Assembly (NCBI RefSeq): GCF_003918875.1
Contig: NW_025767447.1
Span: 186,001-250,000 of the forward strand
Direction of reading: 5' to 3'
From: Haliotis rubra
Taxonomy: Eukaryota
DNA: 64,000 nucleotides
Shown: one piece after another, positions 24,501-39,500 of the stretch
Position numbering within the stretch: the stretch's first letter is position 1
Layout: each line of letters begins with the position of its first letter
Translations under genes and position numbers: made by a program
The notes under the pieces: model-generated
What the model was told of the DNA's origin: nothing
Databases searched by the model: none
The model's input: the letters and a program-made list of their open reading frames with translations, nothing else

Positions 24501-27500
24501 ATCAAAATAATTACTCATTGATCAGCTATTACTGCATCTTCAATATATCGTAAAATCATCAAAGTGTACCAAGAAATCTTGAATAGTGATGTGGAATTTC
24601 TTCTTTTCTATATTTTGTTTTTCACAGAATATTTTAATTACCCATCATCCTGCCTGGCATATCTTACTAACACACAAATGTGTTTAGGAACCATTAATGC
24701 AGACACATATCTACAAAAGTACATGCAACTTATTTTGTGTTGGTATTTACTTAGCTGCATGGCAACTGCATGTCAAGAAACTATTTGGGAGTTGTATTTG
24801 TACATGACATGCCTTATTGATGGGACTCACATATAGTTTCATGGTGTCCTTCAAGATGGGTTTGTTCACATCCTCCGCCTGCAGCATCACCTCGAAGAAG
24901 CTGCCAGGGAGGCGGAAGTCACTGTAGGAGGGGTAGTTGGTGCTGACAGTGCCAGTGTCGGGGTTGACAATGAAGGAACCAGGCAGGGGGTAGCTGGGGT
25001 ACCCAGGCTCGCTGTACACAATGCCTGTTATGCTGTATCGGACTCGATTGTACAGATTGCTGTCAGGATCCGTGGCCTCCACTCGGACCACAGTCCTCTC
25101 TATGGGTACCGAGGGCACAACTGGAACATGGTCATATGGTCAGTTTCATTCTAGTACAACATGGAATATATAGAGGATATTATATGAGTGCCCATGTCAT
25201 ACTATGTTTACGACACGAGCGCCTTAATGTTGGTATTTCCCGAGCGGAGGCAAGCATTGCATTGTGACGTGAGATCATAGCATAGGGATATTTTGCCCGA
25301 GGGCATCGTATGAAAAATATGAACCCCAATATTTTCGCCCTCGTAGGTAATAAAACCCCATATGTTACATTAAACTGCTGTGTTATGTTAATAAACACAT
25401 TTTACAAACTTTCTAACCCAACTCGCCAACAGAAAAAAACACGCTGTTACCTTCATACAGCAACTTCTGCTGAAATATGGCACTGTTATCATTGACATCA
25501 CTAAGTGAGATAACCACGTATGCAACATGAGACGTATCCGTCATCAGATTAACAGGGTAGACGTCTGCTTGCCGCCGCTTCCTCTTCTGTGCCACCTTCG
25601 CTCTGACACACACAAGATGGGTGGCTTTTGACTCCCTGTCAAGAGACTTGGCAGTGAAAATGACACCCTCGCTATCAACGGTGAAGCTACCAATAGACTC
25701 TGTTTGACCTGCAAGAGAGATCAGAACTTTAATGCAACAACCAATATATTCTTTCTGTAGACTGTGGGCAACAACAGTCTTCATATAATGGACTATTTCT
25801 TCACTTCGAAGTACAATCTGCTGAAATTCCAACTTGCTATTATGTTAGGTACAGTGCTACTGAGGGATATGAGGGGTCAGAACAGTCAAGACCTGGGCAG
25901 GGATTTTGGAATGATTTTAGCCCTAAATGTACCCGTAATAAATACCTGGCAGCATAATTTGCCATAGAAATTTTTCAAACAAATCATCTGCTTTTCTTTG
26001 AAACACTGACATTTGATTTTGTTAAACGAAGTGATTCTAATCGATGCATGCATCAATGGCTTCACATCAGAAATACTGCTAATGGCATTTCCCAATGATA
26101 ACCCACCATATCTTCAATGGATAAGGCAACCAACATCATAGAGATCTGGGTGTCTTTTTCCATTTACAGTGTGTATATATTCCATAGTTAAGTTGCTGTG
26201 TGCTAGTTTTCTTTGGTAGGCATGTTGACTGTCTCACTACTGTGACTAAAGGGGCTATCTTGGTCAATGACGTACATGATACCTGAGACATTCAAGGTCT
26301 CCAGGACTTGCCTTGAAGGTGGAATCTTCTCAAGAACCTTGACTATGAACAGTTTGACACCGAGGTGCTGATTATTATAATTACTGAAAATTAATGGTAC
26401 TTACACAATGAGATACTTGTCTCTAATTCATAGGTCACACCATTGATGATCTCATCCAGATCACATGCTTGGACCCTGTACACGGAGGTCCCTACAGGTG
26501 CGTCCTCACTGATCGTCACCCTCTGGGGAACCTCAAGCTGGAAGAACAAATCAACATTCAAGGCTAGAACTTCAAGTTTATTTACCATGTTTTCTTCCAG
26601 CAATTCAGTTCATATCTAAACTTAAAATGCCTGCCTTCAGTGCATTGCGCATGCTTCCTTTCAAAGCCACACTAGCAGGGCAGCATGGATGGCACAGTCA
26701 ACCTTGTAATTGCTGTGCAGAGTTGTGTACCTTGGTCAAGCCAGAAAATATGATTGTGGGTTCGAATCCCGTTCCTTCATATTTTCATACTTGTCAGCAC
26801 CATACTGATGCTTGAGTGACTTCCCCAGAATGGTACGTGCCTGAGACCTGCGTGAGTTTTCACTTGGCTTGCACATCAAACTGACATGCCCTGATATATT
26901 TCTAATACCTTAGCAAAGTGATGTTAAACATTATACAGATTCACAGTCCTTTGTTCACAGACGGTGCCAAATTTATGCACCCATTTTAAATGTGCGAAAC
27001 CAATTTAATTACAGGTAAGTGCAGAAATGTGTTCATGAGACCAGCTTAAACCATTGAGACAATATTCAGCATGAATTGCAACAGACAAATAATCCCGCCA
27101 GCCAGAAAAGCCAGCGAAGACTGCCAGAAAACATGTTACAATGCCACACAACAGTCACCACCGGTCACCTACATAATGTCCTAATATTATTCTCTTGTTG
27201 AGACAGGGGACTGGTCCAAAGCAAATTCATCTGCAAGCTGGATGATGAAATAACACATCAATGGACAGGAGCTCCCGCATTTCTACTCACCGAGAGGCCT
27301 GGACATTTACCAAATTCTGGCACATTGTCGTCTTTATCTCTGACATAGATGGTGAGTGCCCGGAAGCTCTGCAACGTTGTGTTGGCCTTGTCTGTGGCAA
27401 CCAGGATGATCTAAGGACAGATGAGAAGAGAGGGCTTTAGACAGTGTGCCCCATTGGAAAACATCTCAACTTTTCACTTTTTCAGTTTATGTGTTCACCG

Positions 27501-30500
27501 ACCAGCACCATAGACCCCACCTGCCTGATCACAGGCGCTGGATGAGAGAAATATGAAGATAAATAATAATAATAATATGTGTATTCATAATGCACTGATT
27601 CCACACATAAGGCATGCTCAAAGAGCTACATATTTACAAATATTTACAAAGCAAAGGTTATGCTAGAACAAGGGTAAAATGTTTGGAACGTTAAGTTATA
27701 GATTGTAAGATTTTCTGAAAAGATGGGATTTTCTGAGAAGATATACAAATATAAAGTACCTATTAACCTTCCATGTGATCACAGATAATGTGCATAATAT
27801 GAAGTCTCTGGTCATTACCAAAAGCTAAACACCATGCAATTTAAAAAGGTTTTTTCCTACTGAACCCAAAGAATGACATGGCAAATGAAATACATGAATG
27901 GTGAGCTTCATAAATGAATTTATGTTTTGCTTTCAACCAGCCCATGTTAACTGGATGCATCAAAGATTCCAAACCAGGTGCACAAGGTATGCAAATATGG
28001 ATTAAATCATTATTTTTCTCAATGTTCAAGTTGTTAAATTGATTTGTTACATGCAATAGTGTAAAAGTTGGCACTAAATCCCCTTTGTTCCTCTTTTTGT
28101 CCTGTTACCAGTGAAGTCAATTCATTGTTACAGAGCCATTTTATCAGTTACACACCTATTATAACATAAATTTGATTGTTTTAATTCAAACTGGTATTTT
28201 GTACAGAGATAGGCTGCACTTCTTGGTACCATGTATCAGCCACACCAAAAGATAGATCATTGTTCAATGAACAGAAATGGACATGTGTAATTTAGCTTGC
28301 CTTTGTACTGTGCATTTCAAATAGCCATCATCTCCTACCTGAATTATAGCCTTATCCTCTCTGTCGAAAACCCCATTAGTCGTAAGTCTTCCGGTGGTGC
28401 TGTTAATCTTGAACTTTTCATAGTCTGGACTGGCAGAATTCAGGCTGTAGATGACCTCTGGGCCGACGGAACGTGCAGCTGCTTGAGCAACCAGAACTAA
28501 CTGCTCTGCTGGTGTACCCTGAGGAAGATAGTAGTATCAAAACTGTAAAACCCTCAACAGATTCATGCTAGTTATCCATGGTCAGATTATATATCTATCA
28601 CAAAAATTTCACATTTTTCATTTTTCAGTACCATACCTTTACTACTATATACTGACTACAAACAGACTACATACAGACTATGTACATACTACATACAGAC
28701 CATGTACAGACTACATACACACCATGTACAGACTACATACAGACCATGTACAGACTACATACAGACCATGTACAGACTACAAACAAACTATGCACAGACT
28801 ACATACAGACCATATACAGACTACATACAGACCATGTACAGACTACATACAGACCATGTACAGACTACATACACACCATGTACAGACTACATACACACCA
28901 TGTACAGACTACATACAGACCATGTACAGACTACATACAGATTGTATAAAGATAAAGACTACATACATGCTACACATACATTACATACTGTTACAACTAC
29001 ATAATCCTACATGCATGCTACATAAATCCTACATACATGCTACATGACTACATACAGCCTACATACCTCATCTATATAGTAGGGATCTCCGAGACGAGGA
29101 ATGCTCCACTGAGGACGGCCATCGTCCAGCTGTCCACTTCGGACGTTGATGATCACCTGTGTCTCATTAAACAGGGATGGGGAGCCCCTGTCCTCTGCTC
29201 GGACGGTCACATTGAAGGGGCTGAAGGCAGATTGGTTGCGCAGGGAACTCTGAGTCAAGATGTACCCTGTGTTAGTGATACGGAACAGGTTCCTGGCTGG
29301 AAAGGAAATGCTGAATAAGGTGAGGTGGGGTGAGGTGGAAGTGTGTTTTGCGTCCATTTCAAGATTATTGCACTTCTACAGCAATGTACATCGTTTAAGT
29401 AGGTTATTATTATATTTTGTCAAGTGTGGATTAAAAAGCTTTCTCTGCATATCTTGTGTATGTCCACTTACGATCATTCATAGAATAAACTATGTCTCCA
29501 TTGATTCCGATATCCCCATCCGTTGCTATGATACGCCCAACACTCTGCCCTATGTTGTAATTCTCCACGACATAGAATGGGTAGATGGCGCTGAACTTGG
29601 GAACATTGTCATTCACATCCAAAACAGTGATGGTCAGCTGAAGGACAATGATGCCATTACATATAGCATTGCAAGCTTGAAAGAATAAATATTGCTTGAT
29701 GGCATTTATCTTTATTCCAAGGCAAAGAATAACAAAAATAGTACTTCTAGTTTATCTACATTCATGAAATAAAGAAACAAAAAAGTTTGGCTATTAGTGA
29801 CCAGATTATGATTACATTCTGCTGTCCCTTCTGTGATTCTATTACCAATACAATTCACTATTTTAAATAGTCCCAAGTAATATGATGAGAAACAAACATA
29901 ATACCTCAGAAGTAATACATCTTACAGACATTAACCCTCGAAACATACTGTAGACATGGTTGATTCACTTCAATATGACATTTCATTTCGGGCATCTTAA
30001 TAATAATAATAATAATAATAATAGTGGGTATTTGTAACCGTGCCTATATCCGTGCATTCAATGCTCGCTCAAGGCGCTACAAAAGGAGTAAGTCTATGTC
30101 AAGAACTGATCAGACAGTGGGTAGAACATGTTAACATAGCACAGAGGACATGTATACAGATATATAGCTAGCTTTACCACCACATCCTACTCAGCTGTTG
30201 ACATGTGCATGACACAGCAACAGGCAGCTGCACCTAACCAACAGATTGAGAGAATACAGAGGTTAATATCCATAACTCAACCCTCTCTTCAACTCAAAAT
30301 GCCACTAAAGACATTCAAAATGAAAGAAACATATCTCTTAAGATTTTCTGTAAGTATAATTATAATTGACAAACAGCAGATAACAGGAGTTAATCTAATT
30401 AAATGGTACATAAAATACCAGAGAATAAGACTCACCGTAACGGATGTCTGCTTCCTGACCGTTGATGTTTGATTGGTAGGATTGTCTGAGGCAGTGATCA

Positions 30501-33500
30501 GAAGGTTGTAAACACGAGTTGTCTCAAAGTCTAGGTCGGCTGTTCGACTCACCAAGATCAAACCCTATGGACAGAGACAGTAAAAAATCATAGTGAGAGA
30601 CTGCACCTAACTGGAGGTGTCAGCACAGACTTCCTAAAACACTATTTGCCCCTGCACCACCAACTCCCTAAAGCTATGAAAGTATTAATGTTGTTCACCC
30701 TTCCAGATGTTGAAATGAATGAAGACAACTTCTTCAGATCCAGCATATATATCCACATCTCATTATTGCACCAGTAACTGGCAATTAATGATGTTTCATG
30801 TTTCACAATAACTTTGTATATAACCCTAACCGTCGACATTTTGCAGTGAATTTTGTAAAGATACAGTTTTATGACTGTAGATAAAACAATGCCTCAGAAT
30901 TAACAAAGAGATATCCATAGTTTACATAAACTGAGCTCTGGCCTTGACCTTTCACTTTTTACGTTGCAAATTACTCAAGAACGGATAGAATTCATTTGAT
31001 TAGTTGGTAATTAGCTCAATAACATCAATCATGTTTTATTTCTGAAATAAATTGTTACAAATATTTTGAATCAAAAACACACATGAACATCTATGAGAGA
31101 TGCATGAAAATGAGAAACAAACTGGTTACAGTATAAGGTTTCATGTGCTTACAGTATCATAGATCTCGAAGTCTTCCGCTCCCTGTCCTGACAGTGAGTA
31201 CACAACAAGTCCAAAGCTGCCACTGTCCTTGTCTATTGCTTTCACATACCCGACACTGAATGGGTACCGAGCTGACTCAGACACGCTGAAGTCATAGCTG
31301 GGCTGCAGTAAAGAGAAGGACATATTGGATTAGCAGGTTGGCGACCCATCATCTCATTCTATCACTGACTGCATATAGATTTCAAACTAGGGTCTTTTTC
31401 TTGGATCTGTTTCCTAAGGTCAGTTTACTGGGGTGTGCTTCCTCGGTCTGTTTGCAGGGGTGTGTTTCCTAGGGTCAGTTTACTGGGGTGAGTTTCCTAG
31501 GTTCAGTTTACTGGGGTGTGTTTCCTAAGGTCAGTTTACTGAGGTGTGTTTCCTAAGGTCAGTTTACTGAGGTGTGTTTCCTAAGGTCAGTTTACTGGGG
31601 TGTGTTTCCTAGATCAGTTTACTGGGGGGTGTTTCCTCAGGTCAGTTTACTTGGGTGTGTTTCCTAGGTTCAGTTTACTGGGGTGTGTTTCCTAAGGTCA
31701 GTTTACTGGGGTGTGTTTCCTAGGGTCAGTTTACTGGGGTGCGTTTCCAAAGGTCAGTTTACAGGGGTGTGTTTCCTAGTGTCAGTTAACTGGGGTGTGT
31801 TTCCTAAGGTCAGTTAACTGGGGTGTGTTTCCTAAGGTCAGTTTAGTGGGGTGTGTTTCCTAGGGTCAGTGTACTGGGGTGTGTTTCCTTGGGTCAGTTT
31901 ACTGGGGTGTGTTTCCTAAGGTCAGTTTACTGGGGTGATTTCAGTAGGGTCAGTTTAGTGGGGTGTGCTTCCTAAGGTCAGTTTACTGGGGTGTGTTTCC
32001 TAAGGTCAGTTTACTGGGGTGTGTTTCCTAGGGTCAGTGTACTGGGGTGTGTTTCCTTGGGTCAGTTTACTGGGGTGTGTTTCCTAAGGTCAGTTTACTG
32101 GGGTGAGTTTCCTAAGGTCAGTTTACTTGGGTGTGTTTCCTAAGGTCAGTTTACTGGGGTGTGTTTCCTAGGGCCAATTTACTGGGGTGTGTTTCCTAAG
32201 GTCAGTTTACTGGGGTGTGTTTCGTAAGGTCTGTTTACTGGGGTGTGTTTCCTTGGGTCAGTTTACTGGTGTGTGTTTCTTAAGGTCAGTTTACTGGGGT
32301 GTGTTTCCTAAGGTCAGTTTGCTGAGTGAGTTTCCAAGGGTCAGTTTACTGGGGTGTGTTTTCTAGGGTCAGTTTATTGGGGTGTGTTTCCTAAGGTCAG
32401 TTTACTGGGGTGTGTTTCCTAGGGTCAGTTTACTGGGGTGTGTTTCCTAGGGTCAGTTTACTGGGGTGTGTTTCCTAAGGTCAGTTTACTAGGGTGTGTT
32501 TCCTCAGGTCAGTTTACTGGGGTGCGTTTCCTAGGGTCAGTTTACTGGGGTGAGTTTCCTAAGGTCAGTTTACTGGGGTGTGTTTCCTAAGGTCAGTTTA
32601 CTGGGGTGTGTTTTTTTTAAGGTCAGTTTACTGGGGTGTGTTTCCTAGGGTCAGTTTACTGGGGTGTGTTTCCTAGGGTCAGTTTACTGGGGGGTGTTTT
32701 TTTAGGTCAGTTTACTGGGTTGTGTTTCCTAGGGTCAGTTTACTGGGGTGTGCTGCCTCGGGTCAGTTTACTGGGGTGTGCTTCCTCGGGTGTGTTTTCT
32801 AGTGTCAGTATATACAGGTCCGCTTAAACAGGTCTGCTTCCTTGGGTCAGCTTACTGGGTTCTGTTTACTGGGTTGTTTCCTTGGGTATGTTTCCTCAAC
32901 TTGTTTATCCAAGACTGTTTATGGGGTTTGTTCAAAATGGTGTGTGAGGTAGGGGTGTATGCTAGCTCTGTTTACTGGGACAGAAATTATTTGTGAATAT
33001 CATTATAAGGTTACACACACTGAGATGTTGGTGAAAACACACACAAACTGCATCAAGCTGAATATTGGCCTGGGATGAACACAAAAGCTGAACCACAAGC
33101 GTAACAAAGGGATGAGAACATCTGCACCACCATGTTTACTTCAAAAGCCAATTCAACAAGGAATAAAGATACTTCTAAGCTACTGCATTCAGTCTCCTAC
33201 ACTCACCAATACAAACTGTGGACTGTTGTCATTATCATCCCGTACTTCCACTGTGACACTAGTGCGAGCCGTCCGGCTGTCATTAGCTCGAGCTATGATA
33301 TCAATATTCAGCCTTCGGTCTCCATCATCATAGTCAAGAGCTTTTGTCAGAGATACCTGGCCTGAAAAATACACAATCATATATTCCGAACCGGAACATT
33401 TACTACTCGGAACTAAATCATGTTTACACTCAGGACCTGGATCATTCAGTTCCAAATAAAGTAATTTACCAAACATGTCACTGTTGTATACTGATCACCT

Positions 33501-36500
33501 CACAACACGATGACAAAATTACGAAGATGATCACACCCACAACAGCTAGGATGGCCAGTGCCTATAACCAGCAATCACATGTACCACTCAGAAGAACATA
33601 CAATCCTTTCATACCACTATGAAAAACTACTAAGTTTAATCTGTCATGCCATGTAGTATCAAAGAACAGATAACAGCTGAGTACTGTTGTATCTCTGTCA
33701 GTCCTGGCTTCATTGCAAACAAGTGATGGACAGATAACAGCTGAGTACTGTTGTATCTCTGTCAGTCCTGGCTTCATTGCAAACAAGTGATAGACAGATA
33801 ACAGCTGAGTACTGTTGTATCTCTGTCAGTCCTGGCTTCATTGCGAACAAGTGATAGACAGATAACAGCTGAGTACTGTTGTATCTCTGTCAGTCCTGGC
33901 TTCATTGCGAACAAGTGATGGACAGATAACAGCTGAGTACTGTTGTATTTCTGTCAGTCCTGGCTTCATTGCGAACAAGTTATGGACAGATAACAGCTGA
34001 GTACTGTTGTATTTCTGTCAGTCCTGGCTTCATTGTTAACAATTGAGTCAGATTTTAGTTTATTAATATTCATGAGATACTGGGTCACATCCCTCATTCA
34101 CTGAAGATGCCCATAAATGATGTCAGCTGTGACGAGATGTAGCTCAGGTATAAACAGCTTGTCAGTTTACAGGGCTGAACTTTTTACCATTCTGGTGATC
34201 CACAGGTGACGGTGGATCAAACCTTGGACTAGTGGTCATCATAGGAAAGGGACATAACTCTGCCATGTCATATGCAGAACCTTCCAGGCTGACATCAGTA
34301 AGAATCAGTGAATACTATTTGGCGTCGCCTTGCTACATTAATAGCCAATCAAATCCCTAAGTCAGACAGTCCCAGAAACACAGGTTACTACAACAGGCGG
34401 TGGTTGGGCAGTTCGTGACAGAATTATGTGACATTGGTACTGACCAGTTCTCTGATCTACTTTCAAGTAGTTGTTGGGATCGCTGTTCTCCACTTCCACA
34501 TAGTTGTTGAGGAGGCAGTTTCCACAGGCAGGGTCACGTGCAGCGACGGTGGTGATGACGTAGCCGATCTGTTTCCCCTCTGTCACAGAGAAGTAGTACC
34601 TGGCTGGGGTGAAGAAGATGGTGGAGATGTTGGTGCCTAGGATTGTCACAAGAACAGAAGCTGGAAGAAAACAAAACATTGTCATTATTCAGTCATCAAT
34701 GAAACATGATTATAGAGCATTTGTAAGTCTTAAAAGGTGGATGCCTGTAGTCCAATTAGGAAGCCCTTACCAAATCATGAACTATGAACTGAGTATGTAC
34801 CCAGGGGTTTCAGTCTTTTGATTTGTTTTTACATTTCTAAGTTTGTTTCTTCACAAGAACTTAAATTATATTCTGGTTAAAACACTATATCATGTTTCAC
34901 CTTCACGTTTTCGAGCAGACAAAATGGCAAAATATTTACTAAAAACTCGTGTCAAATGCCCATCTAGGCTCTTTGGGACAGGTGAGCAAACAAAGTAAGA
35001 TTTCTCCCTTACTTGAGGCTGTCTGTCTTAATGTCCCTTCAGCATTGAGATCGCGGACAAGGATGTTGAAAGTGATCTCAGCTGCAAGATCTCTCCGGAG
35101 AGTGCTGTTGGTTCTGATTCGTCCTGATATCGGATCTATTGCAAATGCAGACTGAAAGTAGAGATGAACAAGTGAGTGAGTGAGTGAGTGAGTTTAGTTT
35201 TACGCTGCACTCAGCAATATTCCAGCTATATGGCAGTGGGCTGTAAATAATCGAGTCTGGATCAGACAATCCAGTGATAAACAGCATGAGCATCGATCTG
35301 TGCAATTGGGAACCGATGACATGTTTCAACTAAACTACATTTTAAACATATATGGGGAAATCAAACTAACCTAAAGTCTTAGCATTCAAAATATTCTTAG
35401 AAAGTGCAGGTGATTAGAGACCAACCTTGTAATCAAATAACTGTTCGGGGATGGTATTGCCGCCACTGTTGCGGGCCTGCATGGTACTTTTGGGGATGGA
35501 GAAGCGCAGCTCGCTGTTGCTGTCCTCATCTGTCGCAGTCATATCCAACACAATGCTGCCAATTGGAGTTGCTGCAACCAGGCACAAAGTATATTATTAG
35601 TTGCTTCAACCAGGGACAAAGTACTTTAATAGTTGCTTCAACCAGGGACAAAGTATCTAATAGTTGCTTCAACCAGGGACAAAGTACTTTAATAGTTGCT
35701 TCAACCAGGGACAAAGTAATTTAATAGTTGCTTCAACCAGGGACAAAGTATCTAATAGTTGCTTCAACCAGGGACAAAGTACTTTAATAGTTGCTTCAAC
35801 TGCTTCAACCAGGGACAAACTACTTTAATAGTTGCTTCAACCAGGGACAAAGTACTTTAATAGTTGCTTCAACCAGGGACAAAGTAATTTAATAGTTGCT
35901 TCAACCAGGGACAAAGTATCTAATAGTTGCTTCAACCAGGGACAAAGTACTTTAATAGTTGCTTCAACCAGGGACAAAGTATCTAATAGTTGCTTCAACC
36001 AGGGACAAACTACTTTAATAGTTGCTTCAACCAGGGACAAAGTACTTTAATAGTTGCTTCAACCAGGGACAAAGTACTCTAATAGTTGCTTCAACCAGGG
36101 ACAAAGTACTTTAATAGTTGCTTCAACCAGGGACAAAGTATAATAACAGTTGCTCTTACACTCCGCTGTTTCAAGGGAAGTAGCCATGAGTCAGTGGTCA
36201 CATTAAGACGTCTAGTGATACATTATACCCAATCCCCTTGCAGTATCACTACCAAATGATGGTACAGCATGTACATACATGATTCACTTATTACCTTCAG
36301 AGATGCTGGTGACATAGAACTGCTGTGGGAACTTGGGAGCCTTGTTGTTGGCATCTAGTAGGTTGACAATGACGATGGTTGATCCTGTCCTCGGGGGACT
36401 ACCAGAGTCAATAGCAAACACCTGAATACAGAACATCCAGATAAAGCTGGTGGTATGACTGGATGTCAAACTGTTGAAGTGAATGTTTGTTGTTGAATGT

Positions 36501-39500
36501 CACACTCAGCAATATTTCAGCTATATGCCATCAGTCTTTGAATAAACAAATCTGACCCGAGAACCTGGTGATTGACATCATGAGTACAATCCCAAGCAGT
36601 TGTGATACAATGACATGCATCAACGAAGTCATAGAGTCTGACCACTCAGTCTTGTTAGTTCCAGTTATAAAATGCATTGGTTGCTAAAAATCCAGTTCTA
36701 ATCCAGGGCCCACTTGCACAGAACAATGTTAGCACTACGATTATTGTAAATCCTTAAGATCGTGATCTAAGTTTTCGGCTACAATCGCCATCCACTTGCA
36801 CAAAGCAATTGTAGGCTAAGATCATTGTAAGTTACAATCAGAAGTTGTTTAACAAACTCTCATTAAACTATTGACACAGTTCACTATTTGTTACGAGGGA
36901 AGAACGCAAAGAGAGGAACAGTCAGGTATACGAGAAGCACAAGCACAATGGTAGGAATGGTTTTCAGAGCGGGGGGCCCTAATTTATGAAAAGTATTGAA
37001 ATTCAAAATGAAATTGTAGTTATGGTAAGGTAGATATGGTTTCGTCTTGACAAAAGTGGGGGGCTAAGCCCCCCCAAGACCCCCGTTCCTACGCCCCTGC
37101 AAGTGCCAACAAATTTATTGATTCATCCTTTGTCGCACACCTGCCTGTTCCTCTCTTTGCACTCCTCCTTCGCAAATAATAGTGAACTGTGTCAATATTT
37201 TAATTATTTTAATTTAAACAACTTTTGAATTTTTAGGACATAAATTCTGAAAAAAAAATCACAGAGTTGGTCTGGTGTTTTGATTATGATCAGTGTTTCA
37301 CTGAGTATTATATGTTCATTAGGTTTCGAGTTAGATTGCAATTCATCAGTCCGCTTTTGAACCAAACAGACTGTAAAAGATTGTTCTGTGCAAGTAGGCC
37401 CAGATCTTCACTGAATTAAGATGAGTGAGTGATATGAAGTTGGTTCTGAGAAGCACTTTAAGCAGCTGACACCAAGAATGGGCTTGCCACAGAAGAGGCT
37501 ACACAGACATGGCTGACAACAACAATGGGAAATACAGTTCCCATCAGCAGAGAACAAGGGGGTTTCCAGATCATCAAATCAACATGAAGAATGGCCTAGA
37601 ACAACATATAGCTTATATAAAGTTGTTTAAGAATGTAAAGATAGTTTATCTGTGTCTAGCAAGTGATAGCCAAGGATATTATATATTAGAAGCCAGACAA
37701 AGTAAAATGATTCTTCAATTACTCACCACCATGTTGTATATAGGAAAGGCATTGAAGTCAAAATCAGCCTTGCTGCTGACTGTGATCAAACCACTGGTGT
37801 TGCTAATGTCAAAGTGTTCCCGACCTCCTGACTGAATTGTGTACCGGAACTCTCCGTTCTTTCGGCTGTCAGCATCAGTTGCAATCACATTCACAACTGA
37901 CGTACCTGTTTCAGCAAACAAATTCTTGTTGAACATGTTATATTTTTCAACAAAAGCCATGATAATTCAGTTATTACTCCTGTTCACCTCACTACTAACA
38001 TCCCCAACACACAAACATATCATCTCATAGTCCCCATGTGTTAATAACAGGCTGTGTATTGCCTTAATTATGCATAATTACCTGATTAGACTAAACTTCC
38101 ATTCAAGTGAACCACAAAAAAATTTCTTCACATTTTTAGAAAAAAGATATAACTATGTAATTTCATTAATGTTAGTGTACTAACAATTCAGAATGTATTT
38201 CAAAACCACATTCTGGTGTTTCCAATTCATCAGAAAGTCACTATAAGGCATTGTTCTACATAAATACCAAACTTCACAATCAGATCAAAGTGTCCTTATA
38301 ACAAGTATGTAGGGGTGAGTGACATCAGGATGAGACATGTGAAAAAAACTCCCTTCAGTTGGTGTCAGCAGAATGGGGAAAGCCTCAAGTAATGCAGGTT
38401 ATATAGTACTACTTGGGCGAAACAAACCAATAATCATGTATATGAATGGGATTAATGGTACAAGAGACGCAGCTCTGCCTATTACTCTGTTGTGGTGCAG
38501 ACAAATATAGCAGTTTCATTGGGACCAATACGTGATTCTAACCACAGACCAGTGGGGCACAAGGGGAACAACTCTGAGCAGCAGTGACACCTGAGCCACC
38601 AGATCCTGACATAACTTGGCCTGGTTGACCTCTGCCATTTACCTGGCTGGGCGTTTTCACTGATGTTGGCAGAATATGATCCCATCATGAAAGTTGGTGA
38701 GTTGTTATTCTCGTCCTGAGAGATAGAAATTAAAATCATTGTGATTATCAATCCAACTGAATATTCAAATACTTCCTAAATAATGAAGTGATATTCAAAT
38801 ATAAACAAATAGACACACACTGCAGGTTGAGCACACAGCAAGGAGGGTCATAAACCACATCAATGCACTTCAAAGTTATTTGCGGTCAAATGCATACTAC
38901 AGGCTTGTCTTTTATATCATTTAAATGACAAATGTTCAGGTTACTGTGAGAATTTGGTTTTTTTAAATTTGTCAAATCAGCGTGCTATGTTTCAATGAAA
39001 CATCTTTATCATCATATACTTGGTTTCAAGAATTTTCTGCAATCACTTATTGTGATATGATATTGTTCCTGTGTAAGCATTTCTTATGAAAGTCAAAAGT
39101 TCAAAACACCAAAAGGTACCATTCATAACTTGGTGATTATTGTTCATACTGAGGTTTAGTCCCAGTGTATTCAAATCTCCATTACATTAAATGTTTAGAA
39201 GCACCAACAGGGATAGAGAAGTGAGACACACTTTACCTGTACGTCCACCCTGACCGTCATGTTGACATACTGTGGAGGGCTGCCATTGTCAGAAGCCTGG
39301 ATCACCACTTCAAAGCTGCAGAAAAGGAAGCAACACTTCAATATCCACTTTCATTTTACAAATGTCCACCTGTAATGTAATATTTCACTTCCATGTGATC
39401 AAACCCTTCATGTTGTAGTGACAGCAGCTCCTACCAGATTCTTCTTCTCAACCACTAAAGTAGACAAACATTAAAAAAATAGTCAGATGGCTTGTTCTTT

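Noticed and set aside
31405-34035. 27-bp and 62-bp arrays as splice-junction-derived
   Set aside because: They start about 100 bp or more from any junction and show no convincing match to it; counter-examples to the main pattern (as are the 26-bp and 12/24-bp arrays).
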